From UHGV virus genome UHGV-0219173: DNA of 48,431 nucleotides; one strand, 5' to 3'. Each line of letters opens with the position of its first letter. Within the stretch, counting starts at the first letter, position 1. A model generated the notes under the pieces. It had not been told where the DNA came from, searched no databases, and worked only from the letters and a program-made list of their open reading frames with translations. The translations under genes and the position numbers were made by a program. This DNA is from a virus. Below, piece after piece: positions 36,597-46,154 of this stretch.

Positions 36597-36896
36597 ATGC
36601 GTAAAAGTCAAGTAAACACTGGAATGGAAGATACGACGAGAGGGCCCATAACAAAGAATGAATTAAAAGCATTCAAACGGATGATATGGCCGGGAGATAA
36701 GCTGAGATGCAGGTACCCAAGAAGAAGAGGCGACGATGAAGAAAAGGTGGGCAAAATGAAGGTACTAAAACAATACCCGCACATTGTCACGCTGGAGTAT
36801 ATAGGAGCCTGCGGCAAAACATTTGAAACAAGTATGACGTGGGCAGAGGCAATTATCCTGAACCGGAGGCCACAGAAAAAATCAAAAGTATCATAG
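36597..36896 (+). CDS. Hypothetical basic protein
   Basis: ATG 36597 with RBS GGGAGG; the 5' part of track ORF 36426..36896 is rejected. Confidence 0.35.
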   Translation: MRKSQVNTGMEDTTRGPITKNELKAFKRMIWPGDKLRCRYPRRRGDDEEKVGKMKVLKQYPHIVTLEYIGACGKTFETSMTWAEAIILNRRPQKKSKVS

Positions 36897-37243
36897 AGAA
36901 AGAGCCGGCAGAGGTATGTTACATATGCGGCAGAGGAGGAAAATTACATAAACATCATATTTTTGGTGGAAATCCAAATAGGGAACACTCTGAGCAGTAT
37001 GGCCTTACGGTCCATTTATGCCCAGATTGCCACACAGAAGGAAAGGATGCGGTGCACAAAGATGCAGAAATTATGGAAGCGTTACACAAAATTGGTCAAG
37101 CAGCTTTTGAGCGGGAACACACAAGAGAGGAGTTTATGCGGATTTTCGGGAAAAATTATCTTGACCCAAATCCAGACAACGAGCCAGACGGATGCCAAAG
37201 AGAACCAGAATGGGGGTTTATCTGGCTTGCAACTGATAATTAA
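36839..37243 (+). CDS. HNH endonuclease-family protein
   Basis: CYICG...HKHHIFGGNPN...LCPDCH (Cys4 plus H-N-H); GTG start uncertain. Confidence 0.55.
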   Translation: MGRGNYPEPEATEKIKSIIEKEPAEVCYICGRGGKLHKHHIFGGNPNREHSEQYGLTVHLCPDCHTEGKDAVHKDAEIMEALHKIGQAAFEREHTREEFMRIFGKNYLDPNPDNEPDGCQREPEWGFIWLATDN

Positions 37244-37253
37244 AAGGCCGGAT

Positions 37254-37550
37254 TTGCTGCTTGGTGGAAAAATAACCTACATCGGCCCGGCACAATGTAT
37301 ATGGTGCGAGGAATTTGATAATCTGGACATGTGTCCGGGTGTAATGAACCGGAAGGAATGCCCGATTGTGAGACGGGAGATTACAGTGGAATCAATTAGG
37401 TACAACTGGAATGGAGCGCATGAATGCATATGCACCATTAACAACGGAGAACTGAGTATGAATTTACAGAAAAAAAATCTTATCACAATCGAAAAAGTGG
37501 AGGCACCATGGAAGAACTTCGTGTGGCCTGGGACATGGCCAGAAGCATAG
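37254..37550 (+). CDS. Zinc-ribbon hypothetical protein (TTG start)
   Basis: CIWCEEF...CPG...C; RBS AAAGG before TTG 37254; 3' part of track ORF 36963..37550. Confidence 0.3.
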   Translation: MLLGGKITYIGPAQCIWCEEFDNLDMCPGVMNRKECPIVRREITVESIRYNWNGAHECICTINNGELSMNLQKKNLITIEKVEAPWKNFVWPGTWPEA

Positions 37551-37735
37551 AGAGCATACCAAAACATGCAGGGAGGCTATGCTACATAGGCAAAAGGATA
37601 TTGAATGATAGGATATATCTCTTTTACCGGGACTCGTCGTGGAATTATTGGTATAAGACCAGGATTATAACCAAGGACGGGATAATATCGGAATGCGAAG
37701 CCATATTTGGACGGAAAGGAAGAAAACATGAATAG
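37508..37735 (+). CDS. Hypothetical protein
   Basis: RBS GTGGAGG before ATG 37508. Confidence 0.3.
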   Translation: MEELRVAWDMARSIESIPKHAGRLCYIGKRILNDRIYLFYRDSSWNYWYKTRIITKDGIISECEAIFGRKGRKHE

Positions 37736-38159
37736 AGTCATTTTGATGGGCAGGCTCACCAGGGACCCGGATGTGAGATACACGCAGGGAGAGAAGTCAA
37801 TGGCAATTGCCAGATATACGTTGGCAGTGGACAGGCGAGGAAAGAAGGAAAGGGACCAGGACCAACAAGCGGCTGATTTTATCAATTGTGTTGCATTTGA
37901 CCGGGCGGCGGAGTTTGCGGAAACGTATTTCCACCAGGGGATGCGGGTGTTGGTATCCGGCAGGCTTCAAACAGGGAGTTATGTAAACAAAGAGGGCAAG
38001 AAGGTATATACAACAGAGGTGATATTGACAGACCAGGAATTTGCAGATAGCAAGGGGAGCAATGCACCGGAAACCAGACAGGCCCAGGGGACGGACCTGG
38101 GGGACGGATTCATGAATATACCTGACGGAATAGAGGACGAAGGACTACCATTCGTATAA
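37728..38159 (+). CDS. ssb: Single-stranded DNA-binding protein
   Basis: OB-fold N-terminus MNRVILMGRLTRDPDVRYT, glycine/acidic tail ending DEGLPF; ATG 37728 (track TTG 37707). Confidence 0.8.
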   Translation: MNRVILMGRLTRDPDVRYTQGEKSMAIARYTLAVDRRGKKERDQDQQAADFINCVAFDRAAEFAETYFHQGMRVLVSGRLQTGSYVNKEGKKVYTTEVILTDQEFADSKGSNAPETRQAQGTDLGDGFMNIPDGIEDEGLPFV

Positions 38160-38170
38160 GGAGGAAGGAA

Positions 38171-38935
38171 ATGAAAACAATATCAATCGCAAACCTCAAA
38201 GGCGGGGTACATAAGACTACAACAGCAGTGAGCATGGCGGAGCTGATAGCGGACCGATATCAGAAAAAGGTCCTGCTGCTGGATAATGACAAGCAGGGAA
38301 ATGCATCACGCTTGTTTCGGCTATATAACCCGGAGTCATTACGGGGGGCGCCGGATATGATTAAGACCAGGGAGGCCAGAAAGAACATGGTCCAGACAGA
38401 GAATCAGAACCTTTCCATAATCCCATGCAATTATTATATGGAACAGGCCGTGCTGGACCTGCAAAACGACAGGGCCAGTAAGCAACATAACAGATACAAG
38501 GAGGCCCTGGACTCAGTAGGGGACATATTTGATTACTGCATTATCGACAATCCGCCAGATTTAGGGCTTAATGTGGTCAATGCCCTGGTGGCATCCCAGG
38601 AAATCATTATCCCCCTGCATTTGGATGATTACTCCATGGATGGATTGGACATGCTGGTGGAACAGATTATGTCTATGCGTATTTTCAACCCAGATATTAA
38701 ATTAGCCGGATGTCTAATCACTGGATTTGAAAAAACGGAAACCAGCGTGGCGGCAGAGGAATGGTTACGGGAAAAAAGTGGACAGCCAGTATTTGAAAGG
38801 CATATCCGACACTTTAAGCGGGCTAAGGATGCCACATTTATGCACCAGTCACTTATTACATATTGCATACGCAGCGGAGCCGCCCAGGACTATAAAAAGT
38901 TTGTGGAGGAGTATATGGGGAGGGAAAGAAAATGA
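38171..38935 (+). CDS. ParA/Soj-family partition ATPase
   Basis: Deviant Walker A KGGVHKTTTA; LLLDNDKQGN motif. Confidence 0.8.
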   Translation: MKTISIANLKGGVHKTTTAVSMAELIADRYQKKVLLLDNDKQGNASRLFRLYNPESLRGAPDMIKTREARKNMVQTENQNLSIIPCNYYMEQAVLDLQNDRASKQHNRYKEALDSVGDIFDYCIIDNPPDLGLNVVNALVASQEIIIPLHLDDYSMDGLDMLVEQIMSMRIFNPDIKLAGCLITGFEKTETSVAAEEWLREKSGQPVFERHIRHFKRAKDATFMHQSLITYCIRSGAAQDYKKFVEEYMGRERK

Positions 38936-39966
38936 TGGGATTCAATATTTTGAACACCCTAAATTCCGCCACACTGGCAGAGGCGAACCGGGCAGAGGAA
39001 TACAAAGATATCATAATAGATTATCAAGATATCATAGTCACTGACCACAATAAATACAGCATAGAGGAAATACAGGAACTCGCAACAGGAATATTGCTGA
39101 CGGGAGGTATCCAGGAGCCTCTTGTTGTGGGCCGGGTGGACGACGGGGCCGGGAATGGGTATCGTCTGATATCTGGGCATAGGAGGTTGCGGGCCATAGG
39201 CATCCTGGTAGGGGAAGGGAACGAAGAGTATAAAAAGGTCCCGTGCCGGTATAAGGATATGACTGAAACGCAGTTTCGCATGGAACTTCTTTGCGGGAAT
39301 ACATTTAACCGGAAAATGTCTGATTATGATTTGATGATACAGGCGCAAGAGTGGAAGGACGTGCTGACACAAGCCAGGAAGGAAAAACTTATCATTCTGG
39401 ACGAGGGAAAACGCATCCGGGACTATGTAGCCGGAATATTGGGAGAATCCACGGGAAAGATAGGGCAACTTAATGCAATCAATGCCAATGCCACACAGGA
39501 GGTAAAAGAAAAGCTCCAGACCGGGGAAATGGGAATTACCTCAGCCTACGCCGCCAGTCAGTTAGATCCGGAAAGTCAGAAAAAGGTCGTCTCCAGGATA
39601 GAAAGTGGGGAAGATGTTAGGAGCGAGGAGATACAGCGGATTATCGAAGAAAAACGCAAGCAACAGGCAGAAGAAGCAGAGGGCCGGGAGGAAGAACTGG
39701 ATCCAGATGACGAACAAGACCAGGAAAAAGAGCAACCATCAAGTCAGGAGAAACAGGTACGGAAAATAGAGGACCAGCAGAGGCAACCGAATGTGTCGGA
39801 TACTGACACAAATGAGGATGAAAAGGGCTACGCCAAAAGGCTTCATGCACTTAAGATGTTGGAGAAGTATTATACCTTTATGTCAGGAGAGGAATTGGAA
39901 CTACTGGAGCGCATTTTAGAGGACTGTAAGCGCAGAAAACGGGAATATGCTATGGATGAAGATTAA
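38932..39966 (+). CDS. ParB-like nuclease-domain partition protein with acidic/coiled C-terminal region
   Basis: ParB N-terminal domain motif LISGHRRLRA; overlaps parA stop. Confidence 0.7.
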   Translation: MMGFNILNTLNSATLAEANRAEEYKDIIIDYQDIIVTDHNKYSIEEIQELATGILLTGGIQEPLVVGRVDDGAGNGYRLISGHRRLRAIGILVGEGNEEYKKVPCRYKDMTETQFRMELLCGNTFNRKMSDYDLMIQAQEWKDVLTQARKEKLIILDEGKRIRDYVAGILGESTGKIGQLNAINANATQEVKEKLQTGEMGITSAYAASQLDPESQKKVVSRIESGEDVRSEEIQRIIEEKRKQQAEEAEGREEELDPDDEQDQEKEQPSSQEKQVRKIEDQQRQPNVSDTDTNEDEKGYAKRLHALKMLEKYYTFMSGEELELLERILEDCKRRKREYAMDED

Positions 39967-40026
39967 GGAGGACATATCATGAAAGAGATATCCCACACTT
40001 TGTACGTAAAGTTTTAAAGAGGGATT

Positions 40027-40296
40027 GTGATGAAAAAAGTGATAGCCGATTTAACAGAGGAATTAAAAGTAAAAGAGAGAATAGAAGGGGTATTTATGAC
40101 CGTTGATGATAAAACGGGACAATATGCAATCGAGATAAAATTTCCCCCCAAAATGATTCCGATTCATAAAGTGTTTTTAATAATGCTTATGAGAGGGTGC
40201 ATGAAATGCACCTTGAAAATGAGATGGGCAAACAGAGATAAGGAATTAGCCGATTTTTTAAACATGATGATAATAAAGGAGTGGAAAAGTGAATAA
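40027..40296 (+). CDS. Hypothetical protein
   Basis: 89 aa, GTG/ATG region with RBS. Confidence 0.35.
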   Translation: MMKKVIADLTEELKVKERIEGVFMTVDDKTGQYAIEIKFPPKMIPIHKVFLIMLMRGCMKCTLKMRWANRDKELADFLNMMIIKEWKSE

Positions 40297-40963
40297 CATA
40301 CATGACGAGTCGGGGATTGAAAGCAATAAAAACCAGTGTTTTGTGGAAAACAACATAGAAACGTGGAAAAAAATCGAGTGGATAGCCAATATGTACGGAT
40401 ATGATGCGCAGAGCAGACAATGCATGGAAGAGGCGGCTGAGTTAATCCAGGCTATCAACAAGAGGTGGAGGAAAGCGGCATACGGGGGAAACGATAAGGA
40501 GATTGCAGCGGCAGAGGAACGCATAATAGACGAGATGGCGGATGTCATAATCATGTTATGGCAGCTCAAACTTTTATTAGGGGTTAGGGAGCACGTTCTG
40601 GAGGAAAAGATTGAGGACAAGCTAAACAGACAGTTAGAGAGGATGAAAGGGGCCTATCCACAAAAAGCAGCGGAAAATAAAAATGTAGACTATGAAAATA
40701 TCATACTGACACCGCAGCAGATGCGGATAATAGACGAACTGTATATTGAAAAATGCAGAGAAGTCAATTATTTAAGAAAGGCATCAATACTAATACTGGA
40801 AACAAAAGAAGAAATTGCGGTTTGGAATCAGAAAATGTGCCCAATGGCAAAACAGGATTATTGGCCTGTGTGCATGGCATATGATACAAAGACCGGGAAA
40901 TGCACCGGAATTATTGCTTGCCAGTATAGTCCATACAACCAGAAAGGAAAACAGACATCATGA
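40289..40963 (+). CDS. MazG-like nucleotide pyrophosphohydrolase domain protein with Cys-rich C-terminus
   Basis: EEAAELIQAI ... DEMADVIIMLWQL (EExxE/ExxD MazG motifs). Confidence 0.55.
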   Translation: MNNIHDESGIESNKNQCFVENNIETWKKIEWIANMYGYDAQSRQCMEEAAELIQAINKRWRKAAYGGNDKEIAAAEERIIDEMADVIIMLWQLKLLLGVREHVLEEKIEDKLNRQLERMKGAYPQKAAENKNVDYENIILTPQQMRIIDELYIEKCREVNYLRKASILILETKEEIAVWNQKMCPMAKQDYWPVCMAYDTKTGKCTGIIACQYSPYNQKGKQTS

Positions 40964-41220
40964 AATGCGATATGTGTGATTGCCATACATCAAAGATAGT
41001 AAAAATCAGAAATCACAAGAATGGAAACGAGCTGAATATTTGCCGGGGTTGCGCCGTACAGAATGGCTTTATAAAAAAGCCGTCAGATACCCACTGGGAA
41101 TGTAAGTATTGCGATTGCACAAGAGGGGTTCCGTATGCGGACGAACCGGATTTCATGGTATGCGCCCGGTGTGGAGCCGAGTGGGAAGATTGTAAGATGT
41201 TGGTTGATGATGAATATTAA
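40960..41220 (+). CDS. Cys-rich zinc-ribbon protein
   Basis: Multiple CxxC pairs. Confidence 0.4.
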   Translation: MKCDMCDCHTSKIVKIRNHKNGNELNICRGCAVQNGFIKKPSDTHWECKYCDCTRGVPYADEPDFMVCARCGAEWEDCKMLVDDEY

Positions 41221-41244
41221 CTATTTTCGGATGGAGGCAGAGGG

Positions 41245-41607
41245 ATGAAAAGAACGACAATAGAAAAGCCTGCCGGTGAAATGAACATGGTAGAGTTGGC
41301 ACACAATTGCATGTATGCAAAAGACCGGTGGGCATGGTACAGGGATTATGATTCGGACATGGATCTGCGGGACTTCATTCGCAAATTCAGCGAGGCAGAG
41401 GGTGCAAGCGAACTGCCGGAGGACAATGAAGCATTGTCTGACATCCTCATGGACAATCTGCAATATGGTATCAATGACCCAGATGGTCGCACTGCATTGG
41501 TATACCGCCTTATGTGGGCAATGGCAGACCTACGGGAAACGCTTATGGAATATGAGAACACGGGCGCGCCGTTACCAGAAACGGACGGCAGCCAGGGCCG
41601 TTGTTAG
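41245..41607 (+). CDS. Acidic hypothetical protein
   Basis: RBS GGAGG; terminator-like palindrome with T-run at about 41618-41650. Confidence 0.4.
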   Translation: MKRTTIEKPAGEMNMVELAHNCMYAKDRWAWYRDYDSDMDLRDFIRKFSEAEGASELPEDNEALSDILMDNLQYGINDPDGRTALVYRLMWAMADLRETLMEYENTGAPLPETDGSQGRC

Positions 41608-41854
41608 GGCATAAGCCGAAGCCGGAATGCCGGTACTGGCAATTTTTTAATCGTAGCTTATAACACAGCAGCGCATACCGGTACCTGATTCGCAGGACCG
41701 TGACTGCGTAAAGATAGCTGGCATGGCTCTGGTGTATGCACAACCAGTAAGACCAGCAGCGGATGTGCCTATGGAGAGATAATGGAGGACCATACGGCCA
41801 GGGGTTCCGGTCTGGCGCACATCCACTATATCGTTATTTGAAAAGGAGTGAATC

Positions 41855-42646
41855 ATGAAATGTATACTGAAATATCCAGGAGCCAAGAACCGTATTGCTA
41901 ACTGGATATGTGAATACATACCATCGCACGACGTTTATTTAGAACCGTACTTCGGTAGCGGGGCGGTGTTTTTTAATAAAGTTCCGGCCAGAATTGAAAC
42001 ACTGAATGACTTAGACGGAAATGTGGTTAACTATTTCAAGGTAGTCAGGGAAAGGCCGAATGAGTTAGCTGTCCAGCTGGAAATGACACCATATAGCCGT
42101 GACGAATATTACCGGGCATGTGAATATGATCCAGAGAATTCAGATATTGAGAAAGCCAGAAAGTTTGCGGTACGATGTTGGATGGGATATGGAGCCAGTA
42201 ACTATTATGTTAGCGGGTTCAGGAGTAGTCAACAATCCAAAAGTCCTTATACCACAAAAGAATGGAGAAACTTGCCGGAGAGGTTATTGGCTGCTGGAGA
42301 ACGGTTAAAGAATGCACAGATTGAGAATCTACCAGCAATGGAATTGATTAGACGGTATGATACGCCAGATGTCTTTATGTATGTTGACCCACCATATTTA
42401 CATGGAACACGGAAAAATTATCTTTACCGGTATGAGATGGGGGATGCAGAACATATTGAACTGCTAAAGTTACTCGCAGAACATCCAGGGAAAGTATTGC
42501 TATCTGGATATGACAATGACCTATACAACCAGTATCTTCTTGGATGGCGGAAAGCGCAGAAGAAAACGCAAGCAGAAGCAGGCATACCTAGAGTGGAAAC
42601 ATTGTGGATGAATTATGAGATAGGGCAAGCGAAGCTTAAGCTTTAA
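41855..42646 (+). CDS. DNA adenine methyltransferase, Dam/D12 class
   Basis: LKYPGAKNRIANWI, FxGxG EPYFGSGAV, catalytic DPPY. Confidence 0.8.
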   Translation: MKCILKYPGAKNRIANWICEYIPSHDVYLEPYFGSGAVFFNKVPARIETLNDLDGNVVNYFKVVRERPNELAVQLEMTPYSRDEYYRACEYDPENSDIEKARKFAVRCWMGYGASNYYVSGFRSSQQSKSPYTTKEWRNLPERLLAAGERLKNAQIENLPAMELIRRYDTPDVFMYVDPPYLHGTRKNYLYRYEMGDAEHIELLKLLAEHPGKVLLSGYDNDLYNQYLLGWRKAQKKTQAEAGIPRVETLWMNYEIGQAKLKL

Positions 42647-42670
42647 AATTAGCATTTAAAGGAGAATGGT

Positions 42671-42907
42671 ATGAAATCACTTTTATCAACTCCGGCCCTG
42701 GCTGAAAAAATTTGTGATATGAAGGACCGGAGAGAGAAAGCTAATACATGGAGTGCGGATGACGAGCAGATACTAGCTTTTCTTGTCGAACTTCATATAT
42801 TGCGAATTTCTAAGGCTCATGCAGACAGCGAATCAAAGGGAATCACAGAAATAATATATAAATTACACGATGAAATGCAGGACGAGAGAGGTTTATTAAT
42901 TCGTTAA
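42671..42907 (+). CDS. Hypothetical protein
   Basis: RBS AAGGAGAATGG. Confidence 0.35.
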   Translation: MKSLLSTPALAEKICDMKDRREKANTWSADDEQILAFLVELHILRISKAHADSESKGITEIIYKLHDEMQDERGLLIR

Positions 42908-42945
42908 ATTAGGATTTCCGGGAGAACTGGAGGAAGGAACAGCGT

Positions 42946-43167
42946 ATGGGAATTGATTTGAGTAGATTTAAGGTAATCCACGGAGACAAGGTATTAAATG
43001 CAGTGGCGCTTATGGAGGTAAGGATGCCGGAAGGAACGTGGGAAAATAGAGAGACTATTATTAAGCCTAAAATACTTGAGATTTTGGCTGTTAATGAGGA
43101 TGGGAACATTGTGTCTATCATGGATGAGGCGTGGATGTTTCAGTTTCTTCCCATAGTCTCGAATTAG
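42946..43167 (+). CDS. Hypothetical protein
   Basis: RBS GGAGGAAGG. Confidence 0.35.
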   Translation: MGIDLSRFKVIHGDKVLNAVALMEVRMPEGTWENRETIIKPKILEILAVNEDGNIVSIMDEAWMFQFLPIVSN

Positions 43168-43170
43168 CAT

Positions 43171-43485
43171 TTGGCTGCCGACTGCCAAGTGTCGGAGAAA
43201 GCAGGAAATATGATTATAACAGGAATGAAACATTTTGAAAGTGTATGCAAAAGAAAACTTGTAGATTGGTATAACTGTGACGTGGAGACAAAAGGCACAC
43301 GCATTGATTTGGATGACGTTTATATTGTATGGGCTTGCAAGACTTTACAGAACTACAAGTGTTTAGCTTCAACTTCGGTTAGTGGAGACGGTATTTATGC
43401 TGAGTATACGTATAATGGGGACAAACAGGAATTATACGAAGATGTATACAAAAAATTGACGAATACTTGCCATAGAGAAGAATAG
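43171..43485 (+). CDS. Hypothetical protein
   Basis: 104 aa. Confidence 0.35.
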   Translation: MAADCQVSEKAGNMIITGMKHFESVCKRKLVDWYNCDVETKGTRIDLDDVYIVWACKTLQNYKCLASTSVSGDGIYAEYTYNGDKQELYEDVYKKLTNTCHREE

Positions 43486-43514
43486 TTAAACTGAAATTTA
43501 CATGGAGAAAGAAG

Positions 43515-44207
43515 ATGTCTGAACATGGTTTCTTTAATATGGATTGCATGGTAGGGATGGGGCAATATCCAGATAAATATTTTGGATTGGCTATAGTAGA
43601 TCCCCCCTATGGAATTGGCGAGAGCGGAGAGAAAAATCACACCCGCAGTAACCTGATTAAGGCAAAAGATTACAAATCCTATACGGGTAATGACAAAGAA
43701 CCTCCATCAAAAGAATACTTCCATGAACTATTCCGGGTATCAAAGAATCAGATTATATTTGGCGCAAACCATTTTATAAGTCGTATCCCGTATGATAGCC
43801 ATTGCTGGATTGTATGGGATAAAGACAATGGGGCCAATGATTTTGCGGATTGCGAGCTTGCATGGACCAGTTTTAAAACAGCAGTAAGAAAGTATCGTTA
43901 TAGATGGCATGGAATGATGCAAGAGCATATGGATAACAAGGAGTATAGGATTCATCCGAACCAGAAGCCGGTTGCACTATATGAGTGGCTATTGGATAAG
44001 TATGCAAAAGCAGGTGATACCATACTTGATACCCATGTAGGTAGCGCAAGCTCTTTGGTGGCCTGCCGAAACAGAGGTTATGAGTATGTAGGGTTTGAGA
44101 TTAACCGGTATTATTTTGACTTGGCAAATAAAAGGCTTAAAGAGGCAGAGGCACAATGGAATATATTTGATTATCCTGAGGCTATTCCAGAGAGTATGAA
44201 AAATTAA
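43515..44207 (+). CDS. DNA methyltransferase (N6-adenine/N4-cytosine family, DPPY before SAM motif; beta-class order)
   Basis: IVDPPYGIG then DTHVGSASS (SAM-binding). Confidence 0.75.
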   Translation: MSEHGFFNMDCMVGMGQYPDKYFGLAIVDPPYGIGESGEKNHTRSNLIKAKDYKSYTGNDKEPPSKEYFHELFRVSKNQIIFGANHFISRIPYDSHCWIVWDKDNGANDFADCELAWTSFKTAVRKYRYRWHGMMQEHMDNKEYRIHPNQKPVALYEWLLDKYAKAGDTILDTHVGSASSLVACRNRGYEYVGFEINRYYFDLANKRLKEAEAQWNIFDYPEAIPESMKN

Positions 44208-44307
44208 AACTTGCTAATAAATGTCAAGCAATTTTTGAAAAAAATTGGATCGTAAAAAAGGGTAACTTTAATAAACACCACAGTAGGTGATAAAAAAGAA
44301 GTGTAGG

Positions 44308-45501
44308 TTATTTATAAAGCTCCATCACTCTTGCATAGTAAATTCTCAAAAACTTATTAACACCAGCCATTTTGGCTACAGTCTTGTGCTTACCTTCAGA
44401 TTCTTTCTTGATGATGAACTGGTAAACAGGGTCATTCTCGGGCTTATGTACCTTGAGTGAGTGCATGACCTCATAGCAGGCTTTACGCAAGTAGGCTGAG
44501 CCACGTTTTGATATATGCCGATTGGTCCCTTCGAATTGCCCAGACTGATAAGGAGGTGCATCATTACCGGCGTAAGCATTAAGTGCTTTAGCACTGGTAA
44601 ACCTCCGTACATCTCCAATCTCGGCAATCAGGATAGGGGCCAGGCGGTCTCCAACGCCATACATGGAACGGACAATGGAATACTCTGGCATTGTATAAGC
44701 GATAGACTGCATTTGTCGCAGTATCAAATCGGCTGAGGAGCTGGCTTGCTTTAACATTAACAGGCACTGAGATAACGCAAGAGAAGTGGTAACATCGGGG
44801 CTGCGGGTGATAATGCCATCAGAGGCGGCTTGATAAATCGCAAGAGCTTTCTTTTGAGAACCCCTACATCGGTGTTTTTGGGCAAAAGCGATGTAACTAT
44901 TTACAAACCGTTTTTCACCCATCTGAGAGATTTTTTCATAGCTCTGGTATTTTTCTACGAAGTCGAAGAAAAGCGTGTTTTCCAGGTATCTGGATGAGAT
45001 AGGAATGATATTTTGAATACCAGGCATGATTTCATCTAACAGATTGGAGAGTTGGACTCTGGCTTTGACTTTCATAGAAACGCTTTGACTGTATTGTCTG
45101 GACAGAAATTTTAGGTCCTCATACTTTTGGTCGGTAGGGCTGTAAGGCCTTAACTGATATGACTTTTCTAACACAAAATGTGCAATGCGGACAGCATCCT
45201 TTTTATCAGTCTTTCCTTTTCTGATACTGTTGTCCATAAACTTTTTAACCAGGAATGGATTAATCACGAATACGGTGAATCCTGCTTCAAGCAGAGCTTT
45301 AAGGATGGGATAGTGGTAATGTCCAGTTGATTCCAAAGCGACTTTAGTCTCTTCTTGGTATGAATGAATTAAGGCTGTGAGTTGAGTAATATCGCTGATA
45401 GTATGTGAAAAGTCATGTGGCTTTGACAGAACAGTCCCATCAGAGCGAATAATTGCGACAGTGCTTTTGGATTTAGATACATCAATACCTACAGCTAACA
45501 T
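44308..45501 (-). CDS. IS110-family transposase (DEDD N-terminal plus Transposase_20 C-terminal domains)
   Basis: MLAVGIDVSKSKS...ESTGHYH... and C-terminal GVGDRLAPILIAEIGDVRRFTSAKALNAYAGNDAPPYQSG. Confidence 0.85.
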   Translation of the reverse strand: MLAVGIDVSKSKSTVAIIRSDGTVLSKPHDFSHTISDITQLTALIHSYQEETKVALESTGHYHYPILKALLEAGFTVFVINPFLVKKFMDNSIRKGKTDKKDAVRIAHFVLEKSYQLRPYSPTDQKYEDLKFLSRQYSQSVSMKVKARVQLSNLLDEIMPGIQNIIPISSRYLENTLFFDFVEKYQSYEKISQMGEKRFVNSYIAFAQKHRCRGSQKKALAIYQAASDGIITRSPDVTTSLALSQCLLMLKQASSSADLILRQMQSIAYTMPEYSIVRSMYGVGDRLAPILIAEIGDVRRFTSAKALNAYAGNDAPPYQSGQFEGTNRHISKRGSAYLRKACYEVMHSLKVHKPENDPVYQFIIKKESEGKHKTVAKMAGVNKFLRIYYARVMELYK

Positions 45502-45740
45502 ACGGGGTTCCTCCTTTGTGAATTAGTATGATTGGGTCCAGCACTCAGTTATCAATTCATTTTCGTTAGTTACCCGGAAGCGAATCCCAACTTGCTTAAT
45601 CGAATTAGTGATAATGAGTGATGGTTAACACTTTTAATTTCGGGAGCTATGTCCCACATTTAGGCCGTTAACCAATCAGACTCATCATAACAAAAAAAAT
45701 AAGAATAGGGGTTCTTTCCCTACTCTTATATAGTACGACA
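45502..45740 (-). ncRNA. Candidate IS110 bridge-RNA region (5' non-coding end of the IS, upstream of the transposase)
   Basis: About 240-bp non-coding stretch upstream of an IS110 transposase with internal repeats (GAATTAGTR twice); IS110-family elements are known to encode a bridge RNA here. Confidence 0.3.
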
Positions 45741-45760
45741 TTTAGCAAAGAAAGGAGATT

Positions 45761-45943
45761 TTGGGTATGGGAGTAAAAGAGTATGAAGTTTTTGGAAGAA
45801 TCAGATTTGGGAAAGAAGAACAATTCACGCATCTTTGCTTGATAATTGAAGCATATTCATCTGACGATGCAAAGGAAAAGGCTGAAAAAATTTCCAGTAA
45901 TGTATATTGGTCGCACTGTATGGAGCATGTTTGTGATGATTAA
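45761..45943 (+). CDS. Hypothetical protein
   Basis: RBS AAAGGAG. Confidence 0.35.
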   Translation: MGMGVKEYEVFGRIRFGKEEQFTHLCLIIEAYSSDDAKEKAEKISSNVYWSHCMEHVCDD

Positions 45944-46154
45944 AGTAGATTTAAAGCCATGTCCGTTCTGCGGCGGAATTCCAGAATTAAGACAGTTTGC
46001 GAATCCTAAAAACTTTTATACTGTACAATGCCCTAAGTGTTATTGCAGAACGGACGGATTTTCGACAAACCGGACATCTGGGAGCGATAAAGAAAATATA
46101 CAGGCAAATGCAGATGCTTGGAATAGACGTGTAGACGGATGTACGCATTATTAG
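45936..46154 (+). CDS. Lar-family restriction-alleviation-like protein
   Basis: LKPCPFCGG...VQCPKCYCRTDGF...ADAWNRR matches the Lar family pattern; ATG 45936 (track ORF from 45846). Confidence 0.45.
   Translation: MIKVDLKPCPFCGGIPELRQFANPKNFYTVQCPKCYCRTDGFSTNRTSGSDKENIQANADAWNRRVDGCTHY

Larger units (their letters stand above)
44250..45740 (-). mobile_element. IS110-family insertion sequence (boundaries approximate)
   Basis: Complete DEDD transposase gene; IS110 elements lack terminal IRs, so ends are inferred from flanking gene RBS and terminators. Confidence 0.5.

Noticed and set aside
36963-37253. 5' part of track ORF 36963-37550 overlapping the HNH gene
   Set aside because: The HNH reading frame carries the Cys4/HNH motifs. 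Only the 3' portion after the HNH stop (from TTG 37254) is kept.
41543-41919. Minus-strand ORFs 41543-41743 and 41647-41919 in the dam leader
   Set aside because: GC-rich structured region; the ORFs lack RBSs and overlap the dam start. Treated as non-coding.
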